This document shows, one piece after another, positions 40,004 to 49,489 of a DNA stretch of 64,000 nucleotides. Positions within the stretch are counted from its first letter, which is position 1, and each line of letters begins with the position of its first letter. The translations under genes and the position numbers were made by a program. The stretch is from an uncultured Acidobacteriota bacterium (lineage in GTDB: Bacteria > Actinomycetota > Acidimicrobiia > Spongiisociales > ZC4RG35), in NCBI GenBank assembly GCA_963828465.1, contig CAWHEU010000020.1:32001-96000 (forward strand). The letters run 5' to 3'. Under the pieces are notes generated by a model. That model did not search any database. It was not told the origin of the DNA and saw only the letters and a program-made list of their open reading frames with translations.

Positions 40004-41592
40004 CAGGAAGCTCCTTCCCTGTTCATCACGAGCTCAATCGTGTGGGTTGCACCGTCACTGGTCGAGCGCACCTCGTCGACCATCTTCTCGATCAGGAACA
40101 GACCCCATCCACGAGGGGTTTGCTGTCCGGCGAGCTTGGCGTCGAGGTCGGGCACTGTGGCCTCCGGGATCAACCGGTCGCCACCCTGATCGCTGACCAG
40201 GACACTGACCGATTCGTCGTTGGCACAAACCTGGACATCTACGTCGAGCTCGGAGCGATTCTCGTTTCCATGCTCGATGGCGTTCATCACGGTTTCGCCA
40301 ACCGCGGTCTTGAGCCGCTCGAGCCGTGCCGGCTCTAGACCGAGCTCGTCGACTGCCGCCGTCACCTTGGCGATGGCGATGCGCTCATTTCCCTCTTCGC
40401 TGGGTATGGCGAACTTCGCCAGGACCTGCCGCCGGTCCTCGAATGTCTCTGCAGAAGTCTGAGCCGAGGAGGTCCGCTTCACGACGACGAGCGTGATGTC
40501 GTCTTCCTGCTCGGCGCCCTCACCGGTGAAGGCCTCCAGTTCGGTGACCACGGCGTTGAGGACGTCGTCGTTGATCGGCCTCCGGGCAACGCGGTCCATG
40601 AGCCGGGCAAACCCGTACATCTCACCTTCGGCGTTGTGGGCCTCGGTGATCCCGTCACTGGTCAGGACCATCACCTCGCCCGGCGACATCTCATACTTGG
40701 TCTCGTCGTAACCCATCCCGGGCATGAGCCCGAGGGGCATGCCGGTGGCCCTCAACTCGAGGACCCCGCCATCGTGCCTCACATAGGGCAGGTTGTGGCC
40801 GGCGTTGGCGAACACCACCTTCCCGGCCTCGGTATCGATGATTGCGTAGAGACAGGTCACGAACATGGCCGGCGGGATCTCCGGCACCAGGCCATCGTTG
40901 ACATCGGCCAGGACTGCCGACGGAGAGGTGTGACGCTGGGCTGCGGCCCGCAACATCGATCGACAGGTGGCCATCACCAGTGCGGCGGGCACGCCCTTGT
41001 CGGTGACGTCCCCGATGACCACACCGAGCCGACCATCTTCGAGCGCGATGAAGTCGTAGAAGTCGCCGCCAACTGCCCGCGCCGGGCGATAGAAAGCGTC
41101 GACCTGCCAGCCGGCGATCGCCGGCAATTCCTTGGGGAGGAGGGTCTGTTGGATCAGGGCCGCGACCTGGAGCTCCTGGTGGATGCGTTCCCGCTCCTTG
41201 GCCTCGGCCTGCTGCTCGCGGACGAGTTGGGCCACCTTCATGGCCGGAGCCACCTGCGAGGCGAGGCTGCCGAGAAGCCTGCGGTCGTCGGTCGAATAGG
41301 GCTGGTCGGAGAGCCGGGGGCCGAGGTAGAGGGCGCCGAGAAGCTCCCCCTGGCCGATGAGGGGCACGATGAGCTCCACACCGGCTTCTCTGAGCGTGTC
41401 CACCGTCTCCGACTCCAGTTCGAGGTCGCGCAACACGACAGGCCCGCCCGAGGTCAGGAGAAGCGTCTCCAACGGATCGCCTAGCGGAATAGGGATGGCC
41501 TCGATCAGCCGGGTCTTCGACTCCGGGATCTGTGTTTCGTCTCCGACAGGTGTCTCTTCTTCGGCTCTGCGCCGTCTCATCAGCTGAACCAT
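40003..41592 (-). CDS. Partial GAF + SpoIIE/RsbU PP2C phosphatase + RsbW-like Ser kinase (HATPase_c_2) fusion, 529 aa
   Basis: VPLIGQGELLGALYLG..DDRRLL; IQQTLLP; VGGDFYD; GDVTDKGVPAAL; NAGH; SDGITEA; DDIT; ETVMNAIEHG; DQG; RGWGLFLI. Confidence 0.92.
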   Translation of the reverse strand: MVQLMRRRRAEEETPVGDETQIPESKTRLIEAIPIPLGDPLETLLLTSGGPVVLRDLELESETVDTLREAGVELIVPLIGQGELLGALYLGPRLSDQPYSTDDRRLLGSLASQVAPAMKVAQLVREQQAEAKERERIHQELQVAALIQQTLLPKELPAIAGWQVDAFYRPARAVGGDFYDFIALEDGRLGVVIGDVTDKGVPAALVMATCRSMLRAAAQRHTSPSAVLADVNDGLVPEIPPAMFVTCLYAIIDTEAGKVVFANAGHNLPYVRHDGGVLELRATGMPLGLMPGMGYDETKYEMSPGEVMVLTSDGITEAHNAEGEMYGFARLMDRVARRPINDDVLNAVVTELEAFTGEGAEQEDDITLVVVKRTSSAQTSAETFEDRRQVLAKFAIPSEEGNERIAIAKVTAAVDELGLEPARLERLKTAVGETVMNAIEHGNENRSELDVDVQVCANDESVSVLVSDQGGDRLIPEATVPDLDAKLAGQQTPRGWGLFLIEKMVDEVRSTSDGATHTIELVMNREGAS

Positions 41593-41599
41593 GGCCCCA

Positions 41600-41631
41600 T
41601 TTCTATCTCTCCATCGTCCCGAAATCGTTAC
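41600..41631 (-). promoter_or_regulatory. Internal GTAACG direct-repeat promoter of the phosphatase-STAS-STAS unit
   Basis: Minus: GTAACG-atttc-GGGACG-N9-TAGAAA-N7-ATG. Confidence 0.55.
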
Positions 41632-42755
41632 GAATCCACACCGAGATCGATGTCGGGTGCATCGTTTCCGAAACGACATCGACCCAGCCCGTCCACGACC
41701 GTGTCCGGGTCGACGTCCTGCCGCAGTGATCCCGAGAAACGTTCCATCACCTGTTGCGCGTCGTAGCGCGATCGGTTGAAACGTCTCTCCACCCCCGCCT
41801 GAACCCGTCTTCGCAAAGGATTGAAGAGGGCGGCAACGGCAAGAGTAGAAGCCGCCACGGACAACGAGGAGTCCGAGGGGAGGAAATTGGTCATCGCGGT
41901 CAGTCCGAGCAGATAGACCCCGGCAAGGAGGCCGATCACGATGACGTAAGACACGGTCCGGGACAGGATCCGGTCGATGTCGTAGAGGCGATATCGCAAG
42001 ACGGCAAAGAGGATCGAGACCGGAATCGCCGCTATGCCGATCGATACCACCCACCAGACGGCTTCGTTCGAGTCGTCTGACATCGCCCCGGCCACATAGG
42101 CGACGGCAAGGAGGCTCGTTGCGGCGAGCAGCCACTTGATCTGCTGCCGCTCGACCGACTCGGCCTTCCGATAACGAGCGACGACCGACAACGTCGCCGG
42201 GATGACGGAGACGAACCCAAGGATGAACCCGGCGTCCACCAGTGGATACCAGCGGGTGGCGCTGACGAGCTGGTCGTCCACCAGTGTCTCCAACGGGAGC
42301 CCCCAGAAAAGGACTGCGCCGATCATGGTCGACACTGCGCCGATCATGGGTCCGAGGCCGATCACACGCCACCATCCGACCGGCTTTCCGGTGGGGAAGC
42401 AGAGAATCAGCAGCGACACCCCAATGAGGAACAAGGCGCCGGTCCACGAACCGAGCCAACCGAAGAAGTAGGCCAAAGGCAGGGGGTCGCCTGATTCGAT
42501 GGCGAGCGTTGCGTAACCCCTACCGAACAGATAGAGGACCCACGCCGAACCTGCGAGAAGCGAAAGCAGGCCGACCGAGTTCGACGGCACTTTCACGGTG
42601 AGAATCGCACCGACGACCACTGAGCAGACCGAGGCGAAAAGCACCCCGAGCGACGCGTCGATCTTGCCCGCAAATATCAGCCAGGCGACTGCGGCGGCCA
42701 CCATGAGCACAGCCCAAATGGCGATCATCGCCTTGAAACTCATCGTGTCCCTCAT
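41603..42755 (-). CDS. Membrane sensor-like paralog R3 (one extra G near 41690)
   Basis: Family motifs; removing one G restores GWVDVVSETMHPTSISVWIR..MER* ending at 41603. Confidence 0.8.
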
Positions 42756-43792
42756 CCCTGGCGCACCCATACCCCGGCCACAGTGGGCTGCATCGTCTGT
42801 GCGACGACCCCGACCCAACCTTCGATCACCCGAACCGGATCCACCTGGTCACGCAATGAATCGGAGAAGCCGTCCATGACCTTCTGGGCGTCGTAGCGAG
42901 ACCGATTGAACCGGCGATCGACCCGGCTCTGGACCCGTTTCCTGAGCGGATTGAACAACGCGGCCACGGCGAGCGTGGACGCGGCGATCACCAGATCGCT
43001 GTCAGTCTCGAGCAGCGATCCAGCGGCTGTCACCACGCCGATGAATAGCGCGGCGAGTAGACCGACCACCAACAGGTAGCTGACGGTTCTGGAGACCAGC
43101 CGGTCGATCTCGTAGAGGCGAAACCGGGTGATCGCAACGGCGATCGACACCGGCACTCCGATGGTGATGATCATCGTTATCAGAGTGGTGAGCGTTTGGG
43201 CAGGGGCGGTATCCCCGAAGGCCACGCTGACAAGGATCAGCGAAACCACACCCAGAACCAATAACAGGACCGGTCCGGCGATCTGACGGCGGACCAATGG
43301 GGAGCCCTTGATCAACCGGTAGACGAGAGGCAGAAGGCCGAGAACCAGAATGACCGTGATGAAGCTGCCCGCCAAGACGCTGAAGACAATTACGGCGGCG
43401 GCGTGAGCCCAGGGCCACCATGACCGGCTGTACCGCCCATCGGGGAAGAGCGTCAGCGACGAGAACAGGGCGAGCAACCCCGCATCGAAGACGATCTCGG
43501 ACGGTGTGACCAGGCCGGGCACGTCGAGAGTCTCGGCTATCTCCTGGAGGGCGACTCCAGCCCCCACCAGCAGCGGGCCGATTATGAAGAGCCAGCCCAC
43601 CGCATTCGCCGGGATCCGCCGAGCGAGGAACACCCCGACGGTCGGGAACGCGAAGAAAGACAAAGCCCACAGCTTGTCGAGTGGGCCGGTGACTTCATCC
43701 GACCCGCGGTCGAACCAAAATGCCATAGCCCAGGCGACAATGGCCAGGATCAGGAGCGCCCACGGCAAGATCGCGACGAGCCTGGCCTTCAT
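42752..43792 (-). CDS. Membrane sensor-like paralog R4
   Basis: ATGA overlap start; RFRLYEIDRLVSRTVSY..TMQPTVAGVWVR. Confidence 0.85.
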   Translation of the reverse strand: MKARLVAILPWALLILAIVAWAMAFWFDRGSDEVTGPLDKLWALSFFAFPTVGVFLARRIPANAVGWLFIIGPLLVGAGVALQEIAETLDVPGLVTPSEIVFDAGLLALFSSLTLFPDGRYSRSWWPWAHAAAVIVFSVLAGSFITVILVLGLLPLVYRLIKGSPLVRRQIAGPVLLLVLGVVSLILVSVAFGDTAPAQTLTTLITMIITIGVPVSIAVAITRFRLYEIDRLVSRTVSYLLVVGLLAALFIGVVTAAGSLLETDSDLVIAASTLAVAALFNPLRKRVQSRVDRRFNRSRYDAQKVMDGFSDSLRDQVDPVRVIEGWVGVVAQTMQPTVAGVWVRQG

Positions 43793-44916
43793 CGTGATTC
43801 CCTCACCCATACACCGGCCGCGGCGGGCTGCATGGTCTCGGCGACCACCCCCACCCAGCCGTCGACCACTCCTGCGCTGTCGACCCGGCCGCGGAGAGAC
43901 CCGGCAAATTCGTCCACGACCAGCTGAGCGTTGTACCGGGAACGATTGAACCGCTGGTCCACCCATGCCTGCACTCGCTTCCGCACCGGGTTGAACAACG
44001 CAGCAGCGGCCAGGGTGGAGGCCGCTATCGCCAGATCGCTGTCCGTTCGCAGGAGCGAGCTCGTCGCTGCCACCAATCCGAAGAACACGGCCGCCAGCGC
44101 ACCGACCACCAACAGGTAGGTCACGGTGCGCGAGATGAGACGGTCGATCTCGTAGAGGCGGTAACGGAGCACTGCGATGCCGATTGCAGCCGGAATGGCC
44201 GCCCCCGCTAACAGCCACAACCACTCGGCGATGCCGTCCTCGGGTATGAGCCCGAGATTGCCCGCCGCAATGATGAGTAGGAAGACGAACGAGCCCATGA
44301 AAAGCCATCGATACTGGAGTCGCTCCACGCCTGCGCTCTGACGCCACCGCGAGACCAGCACCCCGACGGCGGCCAGGACAAGGGCGAGGACCACCAGGAA
44401 CCCACCATCACCTGCGACGAGCGACGCGGCTTCTCCAAGGGAAGGAATTGCAAGTGGGCTGGGCAAACCCGTGTCCTCCATCGGAGCAGGGTCCACGGCA
44501 AAGGCGGCTGAAACAACGATGCCAAGACCGATCGTGATGCGCCCGATAACGCGTTCGGCCCTGCCCGGATAAGAGCCGGAAGGGAAGACGAGCAAGAGCC
44601 ATACGATCGCCAGCCAGGGCAGCGCCCCGAAGATGCTGTCGCCCAACTCGAGCCAAGCGGCAATGGAGTCGTTGGAAACGATAACGCTCAGGGTGAGCAT
44701 GTAGAACCCAATTCCCCACAGGAGACCGATGAGAAGGGCGGCAGCACCCACGCCGTTCCCCGGGCGCTTGACCAGAATCAGATAGCCGACCGGCGCCCAG
44801 AGGATCCAGGCAATCGGCCACAGCTTCTCGCTCTCGGCCAGTGCCGGCCCAAGGGCGCCGACAAGGATGCCCCCGGTGGCCACGACCAGAGCGAGCATCA
44901 GCCAGACCCGTCTCAC
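43789..44916 (-). CDS. Membrane sensor-like paralog R5
   Basis: GTGA overlap start; RYRLYEIDRLISRTVTY..TMQPAAAGVWVR. Confidence 0.85.
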   Translation of the reverse strand: MRRVWLMLALVVATGGILVGALGPALAESEKLWPIAWILWAPVGYLILVKRPGNGVGAAALLIGLLWGIGFYMLTLSVIVSNDSIAAWLELGDSIFGALPWLAIVWLLLVFPSGSYPGRAERVIGRITIGLGIVVSAAFAVDPAPMEDTGLPSPLAIPSLGEAASLVAGDGGFLVVLALVLAAVGVLVSRWRQSAGVERLQYRWLFMGSFVFLLIIAAGNLGLIPEDGIAEWLWLLAGAAIPAAIGIAVLRYRLYEIDRLISRTVTYLLVVGALAAVFFGLVAATSSLLRTDSDLAIAASTLAAAALFNPVRKRVQAWVDQRFNRSRYNAQLVVDEFAGSLRGRVDSAGVVDGWVGVVAETMQPAAAGVWVRESR

Positions 44917-46016
44917 GACGACCCCCTCACCCAGACTGCGGCCGTCGCCGGCTGCATGGTCTGGGCGACAACTCCCACCCAGCCGTCCAACACCTCGTGG
45001 CTGTCGACCTGGTCGCGCAGCGATCCCGCAAACCGATCCATGACCTTCTGGGCGTCGTAACGGGATCGGTTGAAGCGGTGGTCCACCTCCCGCTGTACTC
45101 GCTTGCGGAGAGGGTTGAACAGTGCAGCTACGGCCAAGGTCGAAGCAGCGATCACGAGATCATCGGAGGTGCCGAGCAGCGTGCTAGTGGCAGTGACAAC
45201 ACCGAAGAAAACCCCAGCCAATAGGCCGACTACGACTACATAGCTCACCGTTCGGGACAGGATTCGGTCGACCTCGTACAGCCGATACCTGGTGACGGCG
45301 ATTCCGATCGACGCCGGGATCAGAATGAACCCTGCGGGCAAGAAGACATTGGCCACGATCGATCCCTGAAAGCCGCCGAATTCAGCGAGGACGCCGACTA
45401 GGAAGACGACAAAGGCGAGGACCAGCCACTTCATCTGCAACCTCTCCACGTCCCTGGACCGAACCCAACGGACGACGAGCGAAACGATCGCGGCGACGAT
45501 CCCGACGAGGATCAGGAGCAACCCAATGATGTTGGAGCACGTGGCGACTGAGACACAGGAGTCGACGTCAGCCGATCCCGCACCCTCCAGAGCGAGAAGA
45601 GCCCATCCGCCGATGAGACCGATCACGCCAACCGTCGCCACAACCGAGACCCAGCGCCAGCGAGTGGTCAGGGCCCGGCCGGTGGGGAACCAGAGGGGCA
45701 CGAAGACGCCAAGACCAGGAAGCAGGAGGGCGAAGAGGGCGATGCCACCGACGATCTCGATGAGACTGCCGGGCTCTGCGCCGTCGGCGGCGTTCATCAG
45801 GCCGTCGCCCAGGGCAACCAGCAACATCACCCATGACAGCCGGTTCTCGGGCACCTTCAATACGAGCAGTACTCCTGTAGCGAGAAGGGAGAGGGTGCCG
45901 AGAGCGAACGCCAAGCCCTCGCCGCTGATGCCCGACCGATTCACAGCGGTCACCAAGGAGACCAGCACCACGACAGTGACCAGAGCCACAGCCAGGATTC
46001 GCCAACGCCTGTTCAT
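44913..46016 (-). CDS. Membrane sensor-like paralog R6
   Basis: LWFPTGR; RYRLYEVDRILSRTVSY..TMQPATAAVWVR. Confidence 0.85.
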   Translation of the reverse strand: MNRRWRILAVALVTVVVLVSLVTAVNRSGISGEGLAFALGTLSLLATGVLLVLKVPENRLSWVMLLVALGDGLMNAADGAEPGSLIEIVGGIALFALLLPGLGVFVPLWFPTGRALTTRWRWVSVVATVGVIGLIGGWALLALEGAGSADVDSCVSVATCSNIIGLLLILVGIVAAIVSLVVRWVRSRDVERLQMKWLVLAFVVFLVGVLAEFGGFQGSIVANVFLPAGFILIPASIGIAVTRYRLYEVDRILSRTVSYVVVVGLLAGVFFGVVTATSTLLGTSDDLVIAASTLAVAALFNPLRKRVQREVDHRFNRSRYDAQKVMDRFAGSLRDQVDSHEVLDGWVGVVAQTMQPATAAVWVRGSS

Positions 46017-46017
46017 G

Positions 46018-47220
46018 TCAGACGCCATCCCTGACCCACACCGCAGCAGTCGTCGGATGCATCGTCTCGGAGACGACTTCGAGCCAGCCATTTACCACCG
46101 CCGGCCCATCCACGACGTTGCGTAACGACCCGGAGAACTCATCCATGACCTTCTCGGCGTCATAGCGCGATCGGTTGAAACGCCGATCGACCCTGTTTAG
46201 GACCAGCCGTCGAATCGGGCTGAACAACGCAGCAACCCCCAACGTTGATGCGGCCACAACCAGATCGGACTCGTCGGGAAGGAGCGAGGTGAGCCAGGTC
46301 ACAGCGCCCAGATAGACGGCCGCCAGCAAGATGACCACCAGGGCATATCCCACGGTTCGGGAAATGACTCGATTGATCTCGTACAGACCGTGGCGAGTGA
46401 TAGCGATGCCAATGGCTGCTGCAGTCCCATTCCCCCACAGGGCAAATACGATCACCACCGGATCGAAACCCTCGACGCCGAGAACGAAGTCCTCGAGAAA
46501 ACCTGTGGCCAAGAACATCACCGGGAACGCCGCCATAGCCAGAACGAACCAACGGAACTGCAGGCGCTCGACACCCGACGAGCGCCGAAACCGGATGACC
46601 AAATCGACCACCGCGACGAGAGCAATCACGGCCAGGGCAGTGCTCAGCCACTCGGTTGCCGGGTCGAGCAGGTCTCGGGCCCCGGGGATGCCGAGCGGGT
46701 TGTCCGGAGGGGTGTCACCCTGCACCGGGCCCGGGCGGAAGGCAAAGACCAGCGCGTCCGCCAAAGTCACAATGAGGAACGCTCGGAGGATCCACCGGCC
46801 GAACCGGCTCGGGTCGCCCGACGGGTAGGTCACGACGAGCGTCATCACCAGGGCCACTACGGGGAGGAATCCCCAGGTCGCCACCCACGCCGCCGGTTGG
46901 CCTAGCGGCCAGCCGCCTGGATCCGTGACGAGAGCGAACCGTGAGTATTCGCCGGCAAACAGACTGAGACCGACCGCGAGAGTTACTCCGCTCATGATCC
47001 ACCCGATGCGATTGGCGGGGCGGCTTGAGACCACCAACGCGCCGACCAGGCCGAATCCGATCCAAGTCGACAGCCAGATCGCCCCCTCGAGCGCCGACTC
47101 CTCCGCCTGCGTGGTCGAGATCGGCGGGTTCACCTCGCTGAGGACCGCAGCCAGGACGATCAATGCAACCCCTGACAGCCATAGCACCCATGCGATCCAG
47201 CGGCTCGTACGAGAGCTCAT
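46018..47220 (-). CDS. Membrane sensor-like paralog R7
   Basis: RPANRIGW; DNPLG; RHGLYEINRVISRTVGY..TMHPTTAAVWVR. Confidence 0.85.
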   Translation of the reverse strand: MSSRTSRWIAWVLWLSGVALIVLAAVLSEVNPPISTTQAEESALEGAIWLSTWIGFGLVGALVVSSRPANRIGWIMSGVTLAVGLSLFAGEYSRFALVTDPGGWPLGQPAAWVATWGFLPVVALVMTLVVTYPSGDPSRFGRWILRAFLIVTLADALVFAFRPGPVQGDTPPDNPLGIPGARDLLDPATEWLSTALAVIALVAVVDLVIRFRRSSGVERLQFRWFVLAMAAFPVMFLATGFLEDFVLGVEGFDPVVIVFALWGNGTAAAIGIAITRHGLYEINRVISRTVGYALVVILLAAVYLGAVTWLTSLLPDESDLVVAASTLGVAALFSPIRRLVLNRVDRRFNRSRYDAEKVMDEFSGSLRNVVDGPAVVNGWLEVVSETMHPTTAAVWVRDGV

Positions 47221-48335
47221 GACTCGTCTCTCACCCAAACCCCCGCCAAAGCAGGCTGCATCGTCTCCGAGACGACCCCGACCCATCCGTCCACCAGATC
47301 GTCTTCATCCACGCGGTCCTGCAACGACCCGGCGAACCGGTCCATCACGCGTTCGGCGTCGTATTTCGAGCGGTTGAAGCGACGGTCCACCCAACCTTGG
47401 AGCCGCTTGCGCAAGGGGTTGAACAGTGCGGCGACAGCGAGAGTGGACCCGGCCACCGCCAGCTGGCTCTCAGCCGGCGACACCCAGGTGAGAACAGTCA
47501 CGACCCCGACGAATACGAGCCCAAGCACACCCACCACCAGGATGTATCCGACGGTCCGGGAGATGAGCCGATCGATCTCGAAGAGCCGGTATCTGACGAC
47601 CGCGACACCAATACAGATCGGGATGGCCGATCCTCCCACCAGCCAGAAAAATTCGAATACGGAGTCTTCAGGCAAGACCTGCCCGGCGGCGGAGATGACC
47701 ACGAACAGAGATGCACCCAGGAGCAGCCAGCGGTACTGCTGGCGTTCGATGCCGGCGCTCCTTCGGCTCCGGCGGATGAGGCTGACAATCGCCGCTGCAG
47801 AGAGACCCACGACGAAGAAAAACCCCGTATCACTGGTGATGAAATTCAAGACCGAGCTCAGCTCTACACCGAGAGGGTTGTCCAGTCCTGTGTCCGTGAG
47901 TGGCACCGGGCTCAAGACGAAGCCGATCACCGCCAAGGACCCGACAACGATGAGCGCCCGCCCCACGAATTTCTCCAAAGGACCGGCGTACTCACCGGTC
48001 GGGAAGGTCGTCAGGAGCCAAACGACGATTAGCCAGGGTACGACGCCCAATATCGTGTAAACGAGCTCGATCCAGGCGGATGCTTCGAGCGACACACGAA
48101 GCACGATCGACTGGAGCCCGAAGGAAACTCCCCAGACCAACCCGATGGCGACACAGGCCATCCCGATGGTGTTCCCCGGCCGTCGTATCAGGATGATCCA
48201 GCCCACGACCGACCACGCCACCCAGGACGCCGGCCACAGCTGATCACTGGTTTCAGCCAAGGGCCCAAAGAACATTCCCAAGATCAGGCCGCCTAGCGAC
48301 AACAAGAGGAGTGCGGTGAGGAGAATCTTCCTCAT
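47217..48335 (-). CDS. Membrane sensor-like paralog R8
   Basis: RPGNTIG; RYRLFEIDRLISRTVGY..TMQPALAGVWVR. Confidence 0.85.
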   Translation of the reverse strand: MRKILLTALLLLSLGGLILGMFFGPLAETSDQLWPASWVAWSVVGWIILIRRPGNTIGMACVAIGLVWGVSFGLQSIVLRVSLEASAWIELVYTILGVVPWLIVVWLLTTFPTGEYAGPLEKFVGRALIVVGSLAVIGFVLSPVPLTDTGLDNPLGVELSSVLNFITSDTGFFFVVGLSAAAIVSLIRRSRRSAGIERQQYRWLLLGASLFVVISAAGQVLPEDSVFEFFWLVGGSAIPICIGVAVVRYRLFEIDRLISRTVGYILVVGVLGLVFVGVVTVLTWVSPAESQLAVAGSTLAVAALFNPLRKRLQGWVDRRFNRSKYDAERVMDRFAGSLQDRVDEDDLVDGWVGVVSETMQPALAGVWVRDES

Positions 48336-49489
48336 GCTCCCTCCCTCAGCCACACCCCCGCCGACGCCGGATGCATCGTCCTGGAAACAACATCCACCCA
48401 ACCGCTGACCAGCTGTCGCCCGTCGACCCGATCTCGCAACGAGCCGGCGAATTCATCGATCACCCGCTCGGCGTCGTAACGGGAGCGGTTGAATCGGCGG
48501 TCGACGAACCCCTGGACGCGTTTTCGCAGAGGGTTGAACAAGGCTGCCACGGCCAAGGTGGCCGCGGCGACGGCCAGGGGGGACTCCGTGTCGAGCATGG
48601 AGGTGAGCCCGGTCAGGCCCAACGCATATGTCGCTCCGAGCACGACGACCACGATGACGTATGAGACGGTCCGGGAGAAGATTCGATCGATGTCGTAGAG
48701 GCGGTACCGGAGGACTGCCAGCGAGATGGAGACAGGTAGGCCGACGACGGCGACCCCGAGCAGGAGATTGTTGAGCCAGAGGGGCATCACCTGTTCCGGG
48801 ATGAACATCCAGGCGACGAAGAAGATCGCATCGATGGCCAGCCACTTCAGCTGCTGGCGCTCTACTCCCTTGGCCTTCAAGAGACGCACCGCGAGGGAGG
48901 CGACTGCCAAGACGAGAACGACGACCATGATCGCGAGAATCGGCGTGGAGATCGCCCCATACTCCGGGTTGGGCACTCCCGGGATGCCGATCGGGTTGTC
49001 GACCCAGACATCGCACTGGCTGTCGGACCCTTCGACGCAGAGACTTTCCGCGAAGAGGCCTGTGATTCCAACGAAGCCCACGAAAAGACCCCCGAGCCAC
49101 TGCACCCACCGCCAGCGCGGCGACGGCACCCGGCCGGTGGGGAACCACAGGACGAGAAAGCCGACCGAGATGAACCAGCTGGTCCACATCCAGTAGCTGA
49201 TGGCTCCGCCAAGCACCCAGCCCTGTCCGCCGAGCCCCACCGCCACCCCGCTCACTACGAGCAGCATGCCGTTGGCGGTCAGTACCCATCCCACTCGATG
49301 ACCGGGCACCCGGCTCATCACCAGCGAGCCCATGAACACGAATGCCAGGGCGGCGGCGAGGAGTATGTAGGTGGAGCCGTCCTCCTCGCCCTGGCCGATC
49401 CCGGGGCCAGCGAAGGCGAACACGGCGAGCACTCCGAGGGCGATCCCCATGTTGATGGGGATCCAGGGGATGGACCTGCCTGATCTCAC
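48332..49489 (-). CDS. Membrane sensor-like paralog R9
   Basis: LWFPTGR; Cys-pair loop; RYRLYDIDRIFSRTVSY..TMHPASAGVWLR. Confidence 0.85.
   Translation of the reverse strand: MRSGRSIPWIPINMGIALGVLAVFAFAGPGIGQGEEDGSTYILLAAALAFVFMGSLVMSRVPGHRVGWVLTANGMLLVVSGVAVGLGGQGWVLGGAISYWMWTSWFISVGFLVLWFPTGRVPSPRWRWVQWLGGLFVGFVGITGLFAESLCVEGSDSQCDVWVDNPIGIPGVPNPEYGAISTPILAIMVVVLVLAVASLAVRLLKAKGVERQQLKWLAIDAIFFVAWMFIPEQVMPLWLNNLLLGVAVVGLPVSISLAVLRYRLYDIDRIFSRTVSYVIVVVVLGATYALGLTGLTSMLDTESPLAVAAATLAVAALFNPLRKRVQGFVDRRFNRSRYDAERVIDEFAGSLRDRVDGRQLVSGWVDVVSRTMHPASAGVWLREGA

Noticed and set aside
40003-42459. 818-aa ORF suggesting a receptor-phosphatase fusion
   Set aside because: Its first ~289 aa are an off-frame reading of R3. 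Corrected R3 stops at 41603, 10 nt upstream of and out of frame with the phosphatase ATG (41592), so neither fusion nor stop readthrough is supported.
42752-44347. 531-aa ORF
   Set aside because: The N-terminal 185 aa shadow R5 in another frame; R4 really starts at the ATGA overlap at 43792.
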